From positions 64,001-128,000 of the forward strand of contig CBDANF010000002.1 in assembly GCA_965197475.1 (NCBI GenBank): a stretch of 64,000 nucleotides of DNA. The letters are read 5' to 3'. This document shows positions 29,701 to 39,679 of the stretch, in pieces. The DNA comes from Candidatus Poribacteria bacterium (GTDB lineage: Bacteria; Poribacteria; WGA-4E; WGA-3G). The notes below the pieces were generated by a model. That model did not search any database, was not told the origin of the DNA, and saw only the letters and a list, made by a program, of their open reading frames with translations. The first letter of the stretch is position 1. Each line of letters begins with the position of its first letter. A program made the translations under genes and the position numbers.

Positions 29701-30832
29701 CGATGGCACGGTTGGCATCGGTAAACTGCACATTCTGTAAATCATTTGCAGTTGTACCGCTAACCATTTCCCAGGTTGCCCCAGCATCAGTCGTCCGCAG
29801 AATAGTGCCCGACCATCCGACTGCCCACGCCTCTTTCCGAGTAGTAAACTGAACTGCGGTCAAATTATTTTCGGTGCCGCTTTCCATCAATTGCCAGTTA
29901 TCACCACCGTCTTGTGTCCGGGTGATAAAGCCAATATCAGCGACAGCGATTCCGTTGTTTTCATCTGTGAAATGGATACTGTTAATTGTTTCTCGGACAT
30001 GCCCATTAATCAGCGGAATACGACTGTCTTGACGTTCCCAATTAACGCCGCCCGTTGTCGTGTGGAAAATAGAACCATCACTCCCAGCGATCCAACCCTC
30101 TTTTTCATTGACGAAGAAGACCTTCTTATTGTCATTAATCAATCGGTCACGTTCACCTTCAAAGCGATTACTCTGTTCCTGCCATGATTCACCACTTGTT
30201 TTGGTATGGAAAATCCTATCATAGGTACCGACAACCCACCCCTTGTTGTCACCAACGAACCAGACACCATTGAGTGGAAACTCACTCACGTATTCATACC
30301 GACGCCATGCTTTCCCACCGTTTTTTGTGTAAAGGACATCCGCATCTTCACCAACAATCCAACCTTTTTTTCCATTTGCAAAATAGACATCGCGCAGCAT
30401 TGCAGAAGTTCCACTTTCTTGCAAGTACCAGTGTTTACCACTATCATCAGTTGTTGCAATCTGACCATCATCACCGACCGCCCATCCATATTTTTCATTT
30501 GCAAAATAGACCGCCTTGAAATCGCCAGTAGTATCCACCTCCTGCTTTTGCCACGTTTTTCCGCCATCCGCTGTGTGGACAATTACGCCTCCAAGTCCAA
30601 CAAGCCATCCCTGTTTCGCGTTAACAAAATGCAGGTCTGTGAAGTTTGTCTCCCAATCAGCTTTACGTGTCGCTTCCATCTTAACACACCCGTTGATAAA
30701 GAGCATGACTGCAAGCATAAACGTGATGGTATATGAAGTGAGAATGATTTGCCAGTTTTTACCTGAAATATCGTGATACTTGAATTGCATTCTGATTTCC
30801 TCCGATTGTATCTTAGTAAGCGTCTTCACCAA
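26744..30832 (-). CDS. Large YCF48/BNR (Asp-box) repeat beta-propeller protein
   Basis: Many F.D...GWAVG..G.I.HT.DGG.TW repeats; hydrophobic N-terminus ending INGC (possible lipobox); true start may be slightly downstream. Confidence 0.88.
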   Translation of the reverse strand: MVKTLTKIQSEEIRMQFKYHDISGKNWQIILTSYTITFMLAVMLFINGCVKMEATRKADWETNFTDLHFVNAKQGWLVGLGGVIVHTADGGKTWQKQEVDTTGDFKAVYFANEKYGWAVGDDGQIATTDDSGKHWYLQESGTSAMLRDVYFANGKKGWIVGEDADVLYTKNGGKAWRRYEYVSEFPLNGVWFVGDNKGWVVGTYDRIFHTKTSGESWQEQSNRFEGERDRLINDNKKVFFVNEKEGWIAGSDGSIFHTTTGGVNWERQDSRIPLINGHVRETINSIHFTDENNGIAVADIGFITRTQDGGDNWQLMESGTENNLTAVQFTTRKEAWAVGWSGTILRTTDAGATWEMVSGTTANDLQNVQFTDANRAIAVGKRGSMVMSNDGGKTWNELDTDIWDGIWNIYFATDKHGWAVGERGLIIHTDDGGTNWKPQRAPAAFVLRSVHFINAKIGWIVGDLGTILHTIDGGNTWLSQIPIGDFHSIMLKGVFFLDEKRGWAIGWPGICLTTQDGGLTWKQQSTDTFNELYAVYFVDENTGWIVGQFGEILHTKNGGKKWNLQLSRTQENLNKLYFADAQHGLIVGDNGVMLTTVNGGKKWELQESGTENDLYGLALSPDGVVAVGKGGIAMRYSVEDAQLPAKLPPIAEEPETVIVKEDTPVESVVYHWDIIRQATWRTDFADTHFVDTENGWAVGSGGSIAHTTDGGKTWLPQHSGVNENLRQVEFIDEKHGRILGSNILLQTKNGGETWVPIVKTSAQNLPRISMMQFINENEGWLGASIGQILHTTDGGKTWKIQKTGTTNANITDLHFINSQEGWAVTPQRRDGGFILQTVDGGNYWKIQAKTNQPGIAVHFADQTHGWVILGNGNSLLTEDGGETWKLQATAQSARGLRSITFRSHTHAWGIGGGGAYITEDQGVNWEPVPVSIGDDIFAMQQPIPETSEESEEDEMEDEEESTPPGEETLVDIFQRQLRQERQRAGRLTPEGLLPSNTEQGGRNPNQQQPPPQLEPRRRFGGRGGGGIASVYFLDAQHAWAVGGAGSIYRTKDGGKTWERQLGEQDRNDFREVLFYNDKIGWIANGNGNLLETQDGGQTWERLAVQTRQRFIGIHFASLEPKWGWTMRRDGTVLYTTDGNTWTAGDTPEQPPFLEGDPPGTFSLSDVDFGKFSEGWAVGRYGDIIHNKDGGPTWTLQRTTTNDTLMSVDMKFAPLGWAVGQGGAVQRTINGGEYWRFHESNTVYDLNSVSFITKRKGWAVGQGGLVLKTVDGGFTWQPKLTGTPKTLHGIIALSEQEIYAAGEEGMIIRSTDGGETWEQEHTDIDNNLYVITRAKNGKTLWVVGQWGVILRRKLETSLQASTR

Positions 30833-31736
30833 AAAAACCTGAGCGGACTACTGCAATAATTATAGCGATGCCTACACAAAGTGCTATGAGGCCTATTTGA
30901 ATGAATACCAACTTGGCAGAATACACGTGTGGTATTCTGCATGCTTCCAATCTCTGAATTGCTTGTATACGTCCAACCTGCGCCAAAAATGGCGAAATCA
31001 CTAATAAAAGAACACTTGCTGATGGGACTTCAGCATAAAAATAACCGTTCATCCAGATGCCAACAAGAAGAATAGTCACCACAGGGGATACGCTGACTGG
31101 CAAAGCTTCCCAGTTGCTGTTGGAATCAGATTTTATGCCACGCTGTAAAACAATTGCCAGAATCCAAATCGCTGCGAAAAGTGCAACTAAAATTCCGGCA
31201 TGTAGTGCTAATCGGATACTTCCTGAAAGTGCAAGAATCAACGCTGTCCCACCCGAAAGTCCAAAGTAGACAAATGGACTGGAAACACCAGAAGGTAGTA
31301 CTGTAAAACTCTGTTGAACTATATTACAAAAAATTAGTATCCCAACTGCAAGGCATGCCCACCAGATAATTCCTTCAAATGGGCCCCAAGTATATTGAAA
31401 ATATGAATTCAAAAGTATACGCGGTAAAGCAATTGAATAGATGAGTTGCGATATTAAGGCTCTCCATCGCGAGATATGCCAATAAGTACTAGAAAAAATT
31501 GCAATAATAGTGAAGTATAAGACCCAGTGTATACTTTCTCTTGGAGGAAAGATCAGTTTACCTTCTATTCCGAAGTACCCGATGATGTATCCAATTCCCA
31601 AAGCAGCCACAATTAACCACTGCAGTAATGTTTTATTTCCATCGCGCTTCCATTGAATTGCTACGATAACATAAATCCCTCCGCAAACGATAGCAGGCAA
31701 GAGCATACTGAAAAACAACTGATTCAAAGTTAGCAC
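30813..31736 (-). CDS. Integral membrane protein of unknown function
   Basis: 307-aa ORF with many hydrophobic helices; overlaps the downstream YCF48 gene. Confidence 0.7.
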   Translation of the reverse strand: MLTLNQLFFSMLLPAIVCGGIYVIVAIQWKRDGNKTLLQWLIVAALGIGYIIGYFGIEGKLIFPPRESIHWVLYFTIIAIFSSTYWHISRWRALISQLIYSIALPRILLNSYFQYTWGPFEGIIWWACLAVGILIFCNIVQQSFTVLPSGVSSPFVYFGLSGGTALILALSGSIRLALHAGILVALFAAIWILAIVLQRGIKSDSNSNWEALPVSVSPVVTILLVGIWMNGYFYAEVPSASVLLLVISPFLAQVGRIQAIQRLEACRIPHVYSAKLVFIQIGLIALCVGIAIIIAVVRSGFFGEDAY

Positions 31737-31829
31737 TGCTTAAGACCTCTGACGATTCATGACTTGCTAAGTGCTCTTGTGGGAGGGAAACTTTGTAAGC
31801 CCGATTTCTTGTAGGGAACTTTGGAATGT

Positions 31830-32450
31830 CTATTTATGTGCTGCTTCTACACTCACAGTAATTTGGATTTCATCATTGACACCTTCCATACCGAAGGTAA
31901 AACCGTATTCGCTACGCTTTATGTCAAACGTTGTTAGGAATCCCATGACTTCTCCAACCTGTGGCACATTCGCTTTTCCCGTAATTTCAACATCAACAGT
32001 GATAGATTTTTTGACACCATGCAATTCAAAATCACCTGTAACTTCCAGCATATTCTCTTGTTCTGCCTTAGCACTCACCTTTGTGCTTTTGAACGTAATA
32101 ACAGGAAACTGCTTGGCATTGAAAAAGTCGAGGCTTCTGAGGTGTTGGTCGCGTTTTGCATTAGCAGTATCAATGCTTGAAGTTTTCACTTCAAATTCAA
32201 CTTTACTTTTTGATACATCAGTTTCATCCATTGTAATATTACCTGAGAATTCGTTGAACCGTCCGTAATTATAAGTGACTCCCAAATGTTTTGCGCGGAA
32301 AAGGACGGATGAATGTGCGGCATCAATTTGATATGTCTTTGCAGCATCCTGTGATTCAGTTCTTTGTGTAAAAGTAATGATGAGTAGGGATAATACAAAG
32401 ATTCCAATGAATGATACTGGTAAGTTTCGCTTAAACCATGTTGTCATCAA
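31830..32450 (-). CDS. yceI: YceI-family polyisoprenoid-binding protein
   Basis: YQIDAAHSSVLF, GRFNEFSG, SIDTANAKRDQHLRS.DFFNA..FP.ITFKST, GDFELHGVKK. Confidence 0.9.
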   Translation of the reverse strand: MMTTWFKRNLPVSFIGIFVLSLLIITFTQRTESQDAAKTYQIDAAHSSVLFRAKHLGVTYNYGRFNEFSGNITMDETDVSKSKVEFEVKTSSIDTANAKRDQHLRSLDFFNAKQFPVITFKSTKVSAKAEQENMLEVTGDFELHGVKKSITVDVEITGKANVPQVGEVMGFLTTFDIKRSEYGFTFGMEGVNDEIQITVSVEAAHK

Positions 32451-32765
32451 AAAATTTCCTCCATAATAATAGCGGTTTCACTTCAAAATGTTTTCCGTTT
32501 ATATAAATGCAGTATACCCTATTTATCAATGCGTGTCAACGAAAAACACTATCTCCTTTTTTCGTTGGGCGGGGCCCTGTGCCCGCCGAGATCTTACGCG
32601 GATTAGGCTTTGATTTGACCAAAGGCCATACGCGGATTAAGTGTTGATTAGCGGACGAGTGGTGTATAGTCCCATTCAACGCAAACTTTAGAAATGTCTA
32701 AACACCAAAATTAGTTGACATTCATTTAACGGGAATGTTATCATTAACCACAAAAGAACCGCATA

Positions 32766-34956
32766 GTGGAGGAAAAAGTGATGCAAGAACTGAACTTGGA
32801 AGTTGTTGATGCTTCTTATAACTACGGCTTCATCCATGGTAATACAGGTGATGGTGCTGGAGTTTATAACAATCGCGGTATCGCTTACAGCGAAAAAGAT
32901 GAGCAGGATCAGGCAATTGCATCCTTTAACAAAGCGATACAACTGGACGCGGATCTTGTTGAAGCCTATAACAATCGTGGTATCGCTTATGCTACCTCAG
33001 GTGAGATTGACACTGCCATTGAAGACTTTAGTACTGCAATTAAGCTCAATCCTTATTATGCACAGACTTATAGCAACCGCGGGCTTGCCTACTTCAGCAA
33101 AGGTAATGTTGACCGAGCAATGGAGGACTGTAATAAAGCGATAGAGTTGGACCCAGATTATGTCCTTGCCTATAATAATCGCGGGCTTGTCTACCTCAGC
33201 GAAGATAAGATTGACCACGCTATTAAGGATTATAATAAAGCGATAGAATTGGAACCTGATTATGCACAAGCCTATAATAATCGCGGAGCTGTCTACTTCA
33301 GCAAAGGTGAGTTAGATATCGCCATTAAAGACTACAATAAAGCAATAGAATTGAAACCTGATTATGCCACCGCTTATAATAACCTTACCTTTGCCTACTT
33401 CAGCAAAGGTAAGGTTAACCGTGCCATTAAAGACTACGATAAAGCGATAGAATTGGAACCTGATTATGCCACCGCTTATAATAACCGTGGACTTGCCTAC
33501 TTCAGCAAAGACATGGTTGACAGAGCTATTGCAGACTATAGCAAAGCCACAGAACTTAAACCTGATTATGTTCTTGCATACAACAACCGTGGAGCAGCTC
33601 ACTTCAGTAGCGGTAATATTGACGAAGCCATTGAAGACCATAATAAAGCGATAGAACTCAAACCCGATTATGCCAGTGCCTATAACAATCTCGGAAATGC
33701 TTACTTCAGTAAAGGTGAGGTGAACAAAGCAATCCAAGATTACAACAAAGCAATTACATTGGATCCTGTTGATGCCATTTACTATAACAATCGCGGAGGT
33801 CTTTACATCGAAATAGGCAAGTTAAAAAAGCCTTCAAAGACTGTAATAAAGCGATAGAACTTCAACCTAATTATGCCGAAGCCTATTACAATTGTGCTAA
33901 AGTTCATAGTGCTAAAGGTCAAATTGATCTTGCTCTGGAAAACTACAACAAGGCGATAGAACTCAAACCCGATTATGCTACTGCATATAACAATCGTGGT
34001 TTATAGTAAAACCTGTAATTACTTATACACTTTTATAATATCATCAATAGAGGTCTCAGCGTTGTATTGACGTATTCGCTTGATGTTAGCGAAATCTTTC
34101 TCAATCGGATTCAACTCCGGTGAATACGGCGGTAAAAACAACAAACTCGCACCGCATTCCCGGATCAATGCTTCTGTTTGTGAACCTTTGTGGAAAGAGG
34201 CATTATCCATAATCACAACGTGGCTGTCGTCAAGCAAAGGACATAACATCTCCGAAAGCCATGCGTTGAAGGCAACCGCATCGCAACTACCTTCGAAAAG
34301 CACAGGCACTGTGAAACATCCATCAAGACGTGCCGCAATCAAGGTTGTGGTGGTATACCGATGACTTGGCACTTTATCTTCAACACGGACACCTTTCGGG
34401 CATAAGCATACCGACGGAAATCGGTTTCGGTGAAACCACTTTCGTCAAGATAAACCGGTTTTTTGCCATGCTCGTGTGTCTCTTGTTGAAGTGCCGAGAG
34501 ATACTCTTGGCGTTTTACCGGACACTGTTCTTTGTAGGTCGTGGTCTTTTTTTTCGCGTGATATTGAGTTTTGCCAAGGCATAAAAGATGCCGTTTGTTG
34601 AAACACCGAAGTGTTTGGCACGTTCGGCGAGTGTGCTATCGGGAAAATCGGCAACATGTTGTTGAAGCGCATCATAATCAATGTGTCGGGGCCCTTTGGT
34701 ATCCGGCTTCTCATAGGCAAAGGGGTTTTCTGCTTCTAACCAGTTATAGATCGTCCTTCTTGAGACACCGAAGGTGCGTTCTGCGGCGGCTTTACTGCCA
34801 CCATTATTGATGAAATCAAGCACGCGTTTGCGTCCATCTGTTGAATATGCCATAATCATAAAGGCTAACATAAATCACAGAAAATGTAAACTTATTTTCA
34901 GGATCTACTATAATATACGAAAATAAAGGCGAGATTGACAGTGCTATAAAAGATTA
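32766..34956 (+). pseudogene. TPR-repeat protein, frameshifted, IS630-interrupted and IS1595-truncated
   Basis: 34-aa AYNNRG...DYNKAIEL.PDY repeats. These continue in another frame after ~33818, again after the IS630 (NRGL|IYENKGEIDSAIKDY), and stop at the IS1595 TIR. Confidence 0.85.
34004..34910 (-). mobile_element. IS630-family element, transposase degenerate
   Basis: TA duplicated at 34002-3 and 34911-12; imperfect TIR TAGTAAAACCTG/CAGGATCTACTA; MAYS..HTH ORF A, A8 slippery run, YLDESGF, MDNASFH, LPPYSPELNPIE; an extra frameshift near 34400. Confidence 0.9.
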
Positions 34957-35002
34957 CGCAATGAGTAGTTTTGGACTTGAAATTTTTTCTCAAATTTTTC
35001 AC

Positions 35003-35032
35003 TTGACACTCAAATTCTTTCCATGTTATACT
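35003..35032 (+). promoter_or_regulatory. Putative sigma70 promoter for the IS1595 cargo genes
   Basis: TTGACA, 18-bp spacer, TATACT with TG extension, just inside the left TIR. Confidence 0.55.
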
Positions 35033-35224
35033 ATTCTCAAGTTCGTTGGGCAGGATTTCTATCGCAACACTCCTTGTGTTGTGTCCTGCCCTCACCCATA
35101 GAAAGGTGTAAACGAACCTACGAACGATACCCGTTTAACGTATCAATTTTATATGCTTGAACAGTGCATAACGCACTGGAAATACGCTATGCACCAATTT
35201 ATCTCAAGCAAAGTGAGGTATACT

Positions 35225-35356
35225 ATGGCTAAAAAAGCCACTGGCACGCGTGTACGCGATGCCAAAGATGGACGGTTCCTTCCCAAAGGCACGGACAAAC
35301 GCCGTCCCGCCACAACGGTGAAAGAAACTGTCAAACCTCACAAGCGGTGTAAATAA
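35225..35356 (+). CDS. Small basic protein (43 aa)
   Basis: GAGG RBS; MAKKATGTRVRDAKDGRFLPKGTDKRRPATTVKETVK; followed by a hairpin at 35370-35397. Confidence 0.6.
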   Translation: MAKKATGTRVRDAKDGRFLPKGTDKRRPATTVKETVKPHKRCK

Positions 35357-35426
35357 TCCGCTTGCAAACATGTAGGGGGTCTTTTGATCCCCTACATACA
35401 CATTTTACCTCACAAAAGGAACATTG

Positions 35427-35813
35427 ATGAAAACTTTGTCGTTTATAATGGTTGTGATGTTATTCACTACGCCATATCTCACACTTGCACAACAAACAAG
35501 TGATGCTGCGCAAGCAATATTTGATGCACGACGTGATGCAACACTTGCAAACACTCAAATATGGGGAACTGTTGGTTGTCTACTTGGTGTTACCGGTATG
35601 TTAATTGCGTATGTTGTCACACCAACGGTACTACCAGAAAAATTGCTTGGAAAATCACCAGAATATGTTGCTTATTACACAAGCATTTATCAAAAACTTG
35701 TGAAAAACGACCAAATAACACATGCTACAATAGGATGTGTTATTGGAACTGGCACTATGGTGGGACTTTGGATAATTTTAATTTCAGCTGCTGATTCTCC
35801 ATACGGGTATTAG
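35427..35813 (+). CDS. Exported/membrane hypothetical protein (IS cargo)
   Basis: AAGGA RBS, signal peptide, two GC-containing hydrophobic segments. Confidence 0.7.
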   Translation: MKTLSFIMVVMLFTTPYLTLAQQTSDAAQAIFDARRDATLANTQIWGTVGCLLGVTGMLIAYVVTPTVLPEKLLGKSPEYVAYYTSIYQKLVKNDQITHATIGCVIGTGTMVGLWIILISAADSPYGY

Positions 35814-35869
35814 CAATTCCAACCAACGAGGGGACTCTGTCCCCTCTAACCCCAAAGGAGACTAAACCC

Positions 35870-36142
35870 ATGTGGGTAATATTCAAGCCGCCTTCCGATC
35901 CTGTTGATTTTTCACTTTTAGCCTTACATACAGAGAGTTTTGTAGAACTCGCCCTTGTAAAACTTGATACAAATTTTCGCGTAGTGATTCAGAAACCTTT
36001 TGACACGGACAATGAGAGGTTGGAATTTGCTCTTGACATGATCGATGCTCTGAAAGATGGAAAGCCAACTTTTGAACTTCCACAGCATTTTCCCTCAAAT
36101 CCTGATGACAAAAAGAACAAGATTGATAAGGCATACCTTTAG
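35870..36142 (+). CDS. Hypothetical protein (IS cargo)
   Basis: AAGGAG RBS; 90-aa ORF converging on the transposase. Confidence 0.55.
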   Translation: MWVIFKPPSDPVDFSLLALHTESFVELALVKLDTNFRVVIQKPFDTDNERLEFALDMIDALKDGKPTFELPQHFPSNPDDKKNKIDKAYL

Positions 36143-36151
36143 TTGTGTCCA

Positions 36152-37033
36152 TCATCGCATACTTTCATTAACAAACTTATCAAAGATACTGTCAATGCTC
36201 CTATAGTTGTATTTATAGCACGCCTCTGCTACATACAGGGGCGTATATTTAGTCCAGTAGTGGTGATGACTTCCATACCAAGCTCGTTTGAGTAGACTCC
36301 AAAACCCCTCAATTGTGTTTGTGTGGACATCACCCTCAACAAATTGCGTTTGATGATCTATGATATGGTGTTTCATCTCCTTGCCGATAGCGAGATACGC
36401 CTTATACTCATCGGTCATCAACTCCGAATCCTCAACTTTGACGACTCTTCGGATAAAGTCTAAAATAGTCCGTCCTGTCAAATCTTTAGCGAGTTGTGCT
36501 ACAACTTTCCCGCCCCGCTGTACTGCCCCGATAATAGCGTCTTTCTCTGTTCCACGTCCACGCTTGGCAGGCACGTGGTCTTCCTTCTTATTAGGCTTAC
36601 GAGGTTTACCCCCGATGTAAGTTTCATCTGCCTCTATGATGCCTTGTAGTAGCACGTTACCTTTCTTTGCCATTTCAGCACGGATACGAGTCATGATATA
36701 CCATGCTGTCTTTTGATTCAAGTCTAAATCGCGCGCAAGTTGATGACTTGACAAACTTTTCTTCGCATTCGTTATCAACGAAATAGCCAAAAACCACTTC
36801 TGTAACGCTATCTTTGTCCCGTGAAACACCGACCTGCACGTCACCTTGAAACTCACTTGGCACTCGTGGCAGTTCCAACGACCGATACGACCGATTTCTG
36901 TTTCTGTCCGTTCTCCTATATGATCGCTTTCACAATGCGGACACACAGGTTTACCTCGCCACCGAATCTTCTCTAAATGCGAAATACAACTCTCTTGATC
37001 GGGAAAACGCTCCATCACCTTCAACAAATCCAT
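36152..37033 (-). CDS. IS1595 transposase
   Basis: Zn ribbon CPHC..CHEC, HTH, EADETYIGGK, MTDEY, HTNTIEGFWSLLKR; likely start MDLLKV after AAGGAG. Confidence 0.93.
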   Translation of the reverse strand: MDLLKVMERFPDQESCISHLEKIRWRGKPVCPHCESDHIGERTETEIGRIGRWNCHECQVSFKVTCRSVFHGTKIALQKWFLAISLITNAKKSLSSHQLARDLDLNQKTAWYIMTRIRAEMAKKGNVLLQGIIEADETYIGGKPRKPNKKEDHVPAKRGRGTEKDAIIGAVQRGGKVVAQLAKDLTGRTILDFIRRVVKVEDSELMTDEYKAYLAIGKEMKHHIIDHQTQFVEGDVHTNTIEGFWSLLKRAWYGSHHHYWTKYTPLYVAEACYKYNYRSIDSIFDKFVNESMR

Positions 37034-37240
37034 CAGATAACTCCTTGAAATAGGAGTTGCTTTTTCTGACGGATTTCTGATATAATACCAGATAAGATTA
37101 GAACCGTCAAAAAGCAACTCGCTTTTTGTGTTCATTTAGGGGGCTACCAACCCCCTATTTTCTTATCTATATTATACCATATAAACCCAGTGGACACAAG
37201 GCTTTATAGCGATTTTTTAAAATTTTTCTCAAGTCCAAAA

Positions 37241-37732
37241 CTACTCATTGCGTTTATTTTTGACTATTCTGTTAAAACTTTTTTTAGGTGCTACACGTCC
37301 AGTTGAAAATCTCCATCCCATCCATATATAGCCTTGTGGATGTAAGAGTATTTCAAAAAACTCGTCTATATCGGGACCTTTTGCTGCTATAAGTTGCCAT
37401 TCGCCGGGACCTTTAATCAACGTAGGACGGATCCAAGCACAAACGGTGATTCCATCGGTAAATTCAAATCGATGGGAATGAACAACGCGAACAATTCCGT
37501 TCTTTCCACCAAAATTGAGACCCTTACCAAATTTGCCGTCGGTCCAGTCTGTGTCTCCTTCTAATTTCCCTTCCTGTCCGTTTCCAGACTGATCCGTGAC
37601 GGTATCACCTGCGCCATCCTCAAAGGCGAAATACACAACTAACCGTTCTTCTAATTCTTCTGCTATGCAGAGAATTTGAAAAACTCCTGTTAGGCATACC
37701 GTTATACATAAAAGGACTATAAGGCTGCGCAT
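37241..37732 (-). pseudogene. Secreted LamG/concanavalin-like protein truncated by IS1595
   Basis: LVVYFAFEDG.G..V.D.SGNG..G...W.DGKFGKGL, ITVCAWI; the last codons and the stop lie inside the TIR. Confidence 0.8.
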
Positions 37733-37920
37733 GAGTTCACCTGTTTTTTAATTCAGTTATCTGAAATTATAACATTTTCAGCGCGAATTATCTAATTGAT
37801 GCTTTCTCTGTGAAATCCAAAAATCATTTAAAAACAGATTAACACTTGAAGAAAAAAATGTGCAAAACCGTGTAGTGAGGCAATGTTAACAACACCCCCT
37901 CTACAAATCTGAGAATCACT

Positions 37921-38643
37921 CTAAGCAAATGGAAAGGTGCCTTGGTAGCCGCGCGGACGTGAGACGTGCCAAACACCATCATACATCGGCGTAACCTGAT
38001 AATGGCAGACGACATTGCTCCGCTCCATATCATCACGTTCTTTTGCGCCTTGGTGTGGAATATGGTTGATGAAAAGGACACAATCGCCTGCTTTCGGATA
38101 TAGGATGACGTGTTCTTGTGATTCGCACCATTCCTCAAATTTTGGGCGATCTAACGGGTATAGATGCTGTGGTTCATTCAGATGACCACCTTTGACAAAC
38201 TTCAAGTGTCCTTCGCCTGGACCGTTGTCCTGAAAATAGTAGGTGGTATTGATACCAGCAGGTGCCATAGCAAACGGATGTTCTTCAACATACCGCTTTT
38301 CGTGCCAATAGCCGTAAAAATCCATGTGCCATTCCTGCAGGTATGGACCTGGATTGATATGTGCACGTAGACTACGAAGTTGACACTGCTTACCCATTAA
38401 TCCCTCAAGATAAGGACGGACGCTAGGGTGTCCTACAAGTGGTGCGTAGGTATCCGGTTCACGATCAAGCAGGGAATCAAACCACATATTGCCGACTGCG
38501 TTCAAGCCCTCTTCCCAACCCTGTTCGCGTGCATAGTTAACCCGCTGGCGGATATGTTCGGTTTCTTCAGGTACCAACGCCCCTTCTAATAAAATGAAAC
38601 CTTCTTGTAGCAGTTGGTCAATCTTGGCTTTATTATCTTCCAT
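37921..38643 (-). CDS. Phytanoyl-CoA dioxygenase (PhyH) family protein
   Basis: QEWHMD (HxD), GHLKFVKGGH, KAGDCVLF...HQG. Confidence 0.85.
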   Translation of the reverse strand: MEDNKAKIDQLLQEGFILLEGALVPEETEHIRQRVNYAREQGWEEGLNAVGNMWFDSLLDREPDTYAPLVGHPSVRPYLEGLMGKQCQLRSLRAHINPGPYLQEWHMDFYGYWHEKRYVEEHPFAMAPAGINTTYYFQDNGPGEGHLKFVKGGHLNEPQHLYPLDRPKFEEWCESQEHVILYPKAGDCVLFINHIPHQGAKERDDMERSNVVCHYQVTPMYDGVWHVSRPRGYQGTFPFA

Positions 38644-38725
38644 GGTTCATCTCCTTATAAGTTTAAAGTCGTTACCAAAATTCTATATTCTTAACGATAA
38701 GATGTCAACGTTTTCGTAATCCAAC

Positions 38726-39472
38726 TTACGATGTCCTATTAAGTTGGCATAGAATGCTTTCAGTATCGTTTTTGAGTTCTACATTGCCTGCCTGCGTTGC
38801 GAGTTTCAAAGCGGTTTGCAGATCCTCTTTCGCTTCCAAAGTTAGACCGAGTATGCCTTTTGTCACTCTCCGATTATAGTAAGCAGCTGCAAAATCAGGT
38901 TTGAGTTGTATCGCTTTATCAAAGTTTTTTATCGCTAGATCATATTTACTGTGTTGCTTATTTGTCAACCCTTGATTGTAGTAAGAATCTGCAAGACACG
39001 GTCTGAGTCGCATCGCTTCATTAAAGTTCTTCATTGCATCGGCATGTTGATCAAGTTTGCTTTTTGCCAAACCTCTACTGTTATAAGCTTCAGCAAAATC
39101 CTGTTTGTAGTGTATGGCTTTATCAAAATCATCAATCGCCTCATTGTATTGACTGAGCATATATTTTGCGTTCCCCCGATTTTTGTAGGCATCTGCATAA
39201 CCGATAAGTTTGAGTTGAATGGCGGTATCAAAGTTTTTAATCGCCTTATTGTACTGACCGAGCATGTATCTTGCCAAGCCAAGATGGTTGTAAGCTTCAG
39301 CATAACAAGGGGAGAGTTGTATGGCTTTACTATAATTTGAAACAGCGTCTTCATAATCTCCTATATCACATCTTACATTTCCTCGATTAAAGTAAGTTTC
39401 TGCAGAGATATTTTTTTCATCTTGTGCAAGAGTATTGCTCTCATTCTTGTTTTTTATTTGAGAATTAGTCAT
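38726..39472 (-). CDS. TPR-repeat protein
   Basis: Repeated AY.NRG..K..L.QY..AI..FD.AI. Confidence 0.88.
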   Translation of the reverse strand: MTNSQIKNKNESNTLAQDEKNISAETYFNRGNVRCDIGDYEDAVSNYSKAIQLSPCYAEAYNHLGLARYMLGQYNKAIKNFDTAIQLKLIGYADAYKNRGNAKYMLSQYNEAIDDFDKAIHYKQDFAEAYNSRGLAKSKLDQHADAMKNFNEAMRLRPCLADSYYNQGLTNKQHSKYDLAIKNFDKAIQLKPDFAAAYYNRRVTKGILGLTLEAKEDLQTALKLATQAGNVELKNDTESILCQLNRTS

Positions 39473-39679
39473 AATACGCTCCTAGATGTCTTTTTTAACA
39501 AAAATCAGTTATTGAGTTAACGTGACAATCCTTTTTAAAGGTCTCATGAGAAACTGAATTCACATTGTTTTTTTATCGTAATGGTTTTAGCGTTTCCCAT
39601 AGGATAGATAGCAGAAAGTGAAGTATTGGTATCCTTACGCTCAACTCAACCTATGCAGTATCTGCTTGTGTAAAGTGCT

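Larger units (their letters stand above)
34957..37252 (-). mobile_element. IS1595-family element carrying three passenger ORFs
   Basis: 24-bp perfect TIR CGCAATGAGTAGTTTTGGACTTGA at both ends; no TSD visible. Confidence 0.88.

Noticed and set aside
30916-30940. Perfect 9-bp hairpin GCAGAATAC..GTATTCTGC inside a membrane-protein gene
   Set aside because: It could be another in-frame REP, but it is short and I found no second copy in the window.
32595-32640. Direct repeat TACGCGGATTA x2 as an operator between divergent genes
   Set aside because: Only two copies, next to a REP-like hairpin, with no regulator nearby; not enough support.
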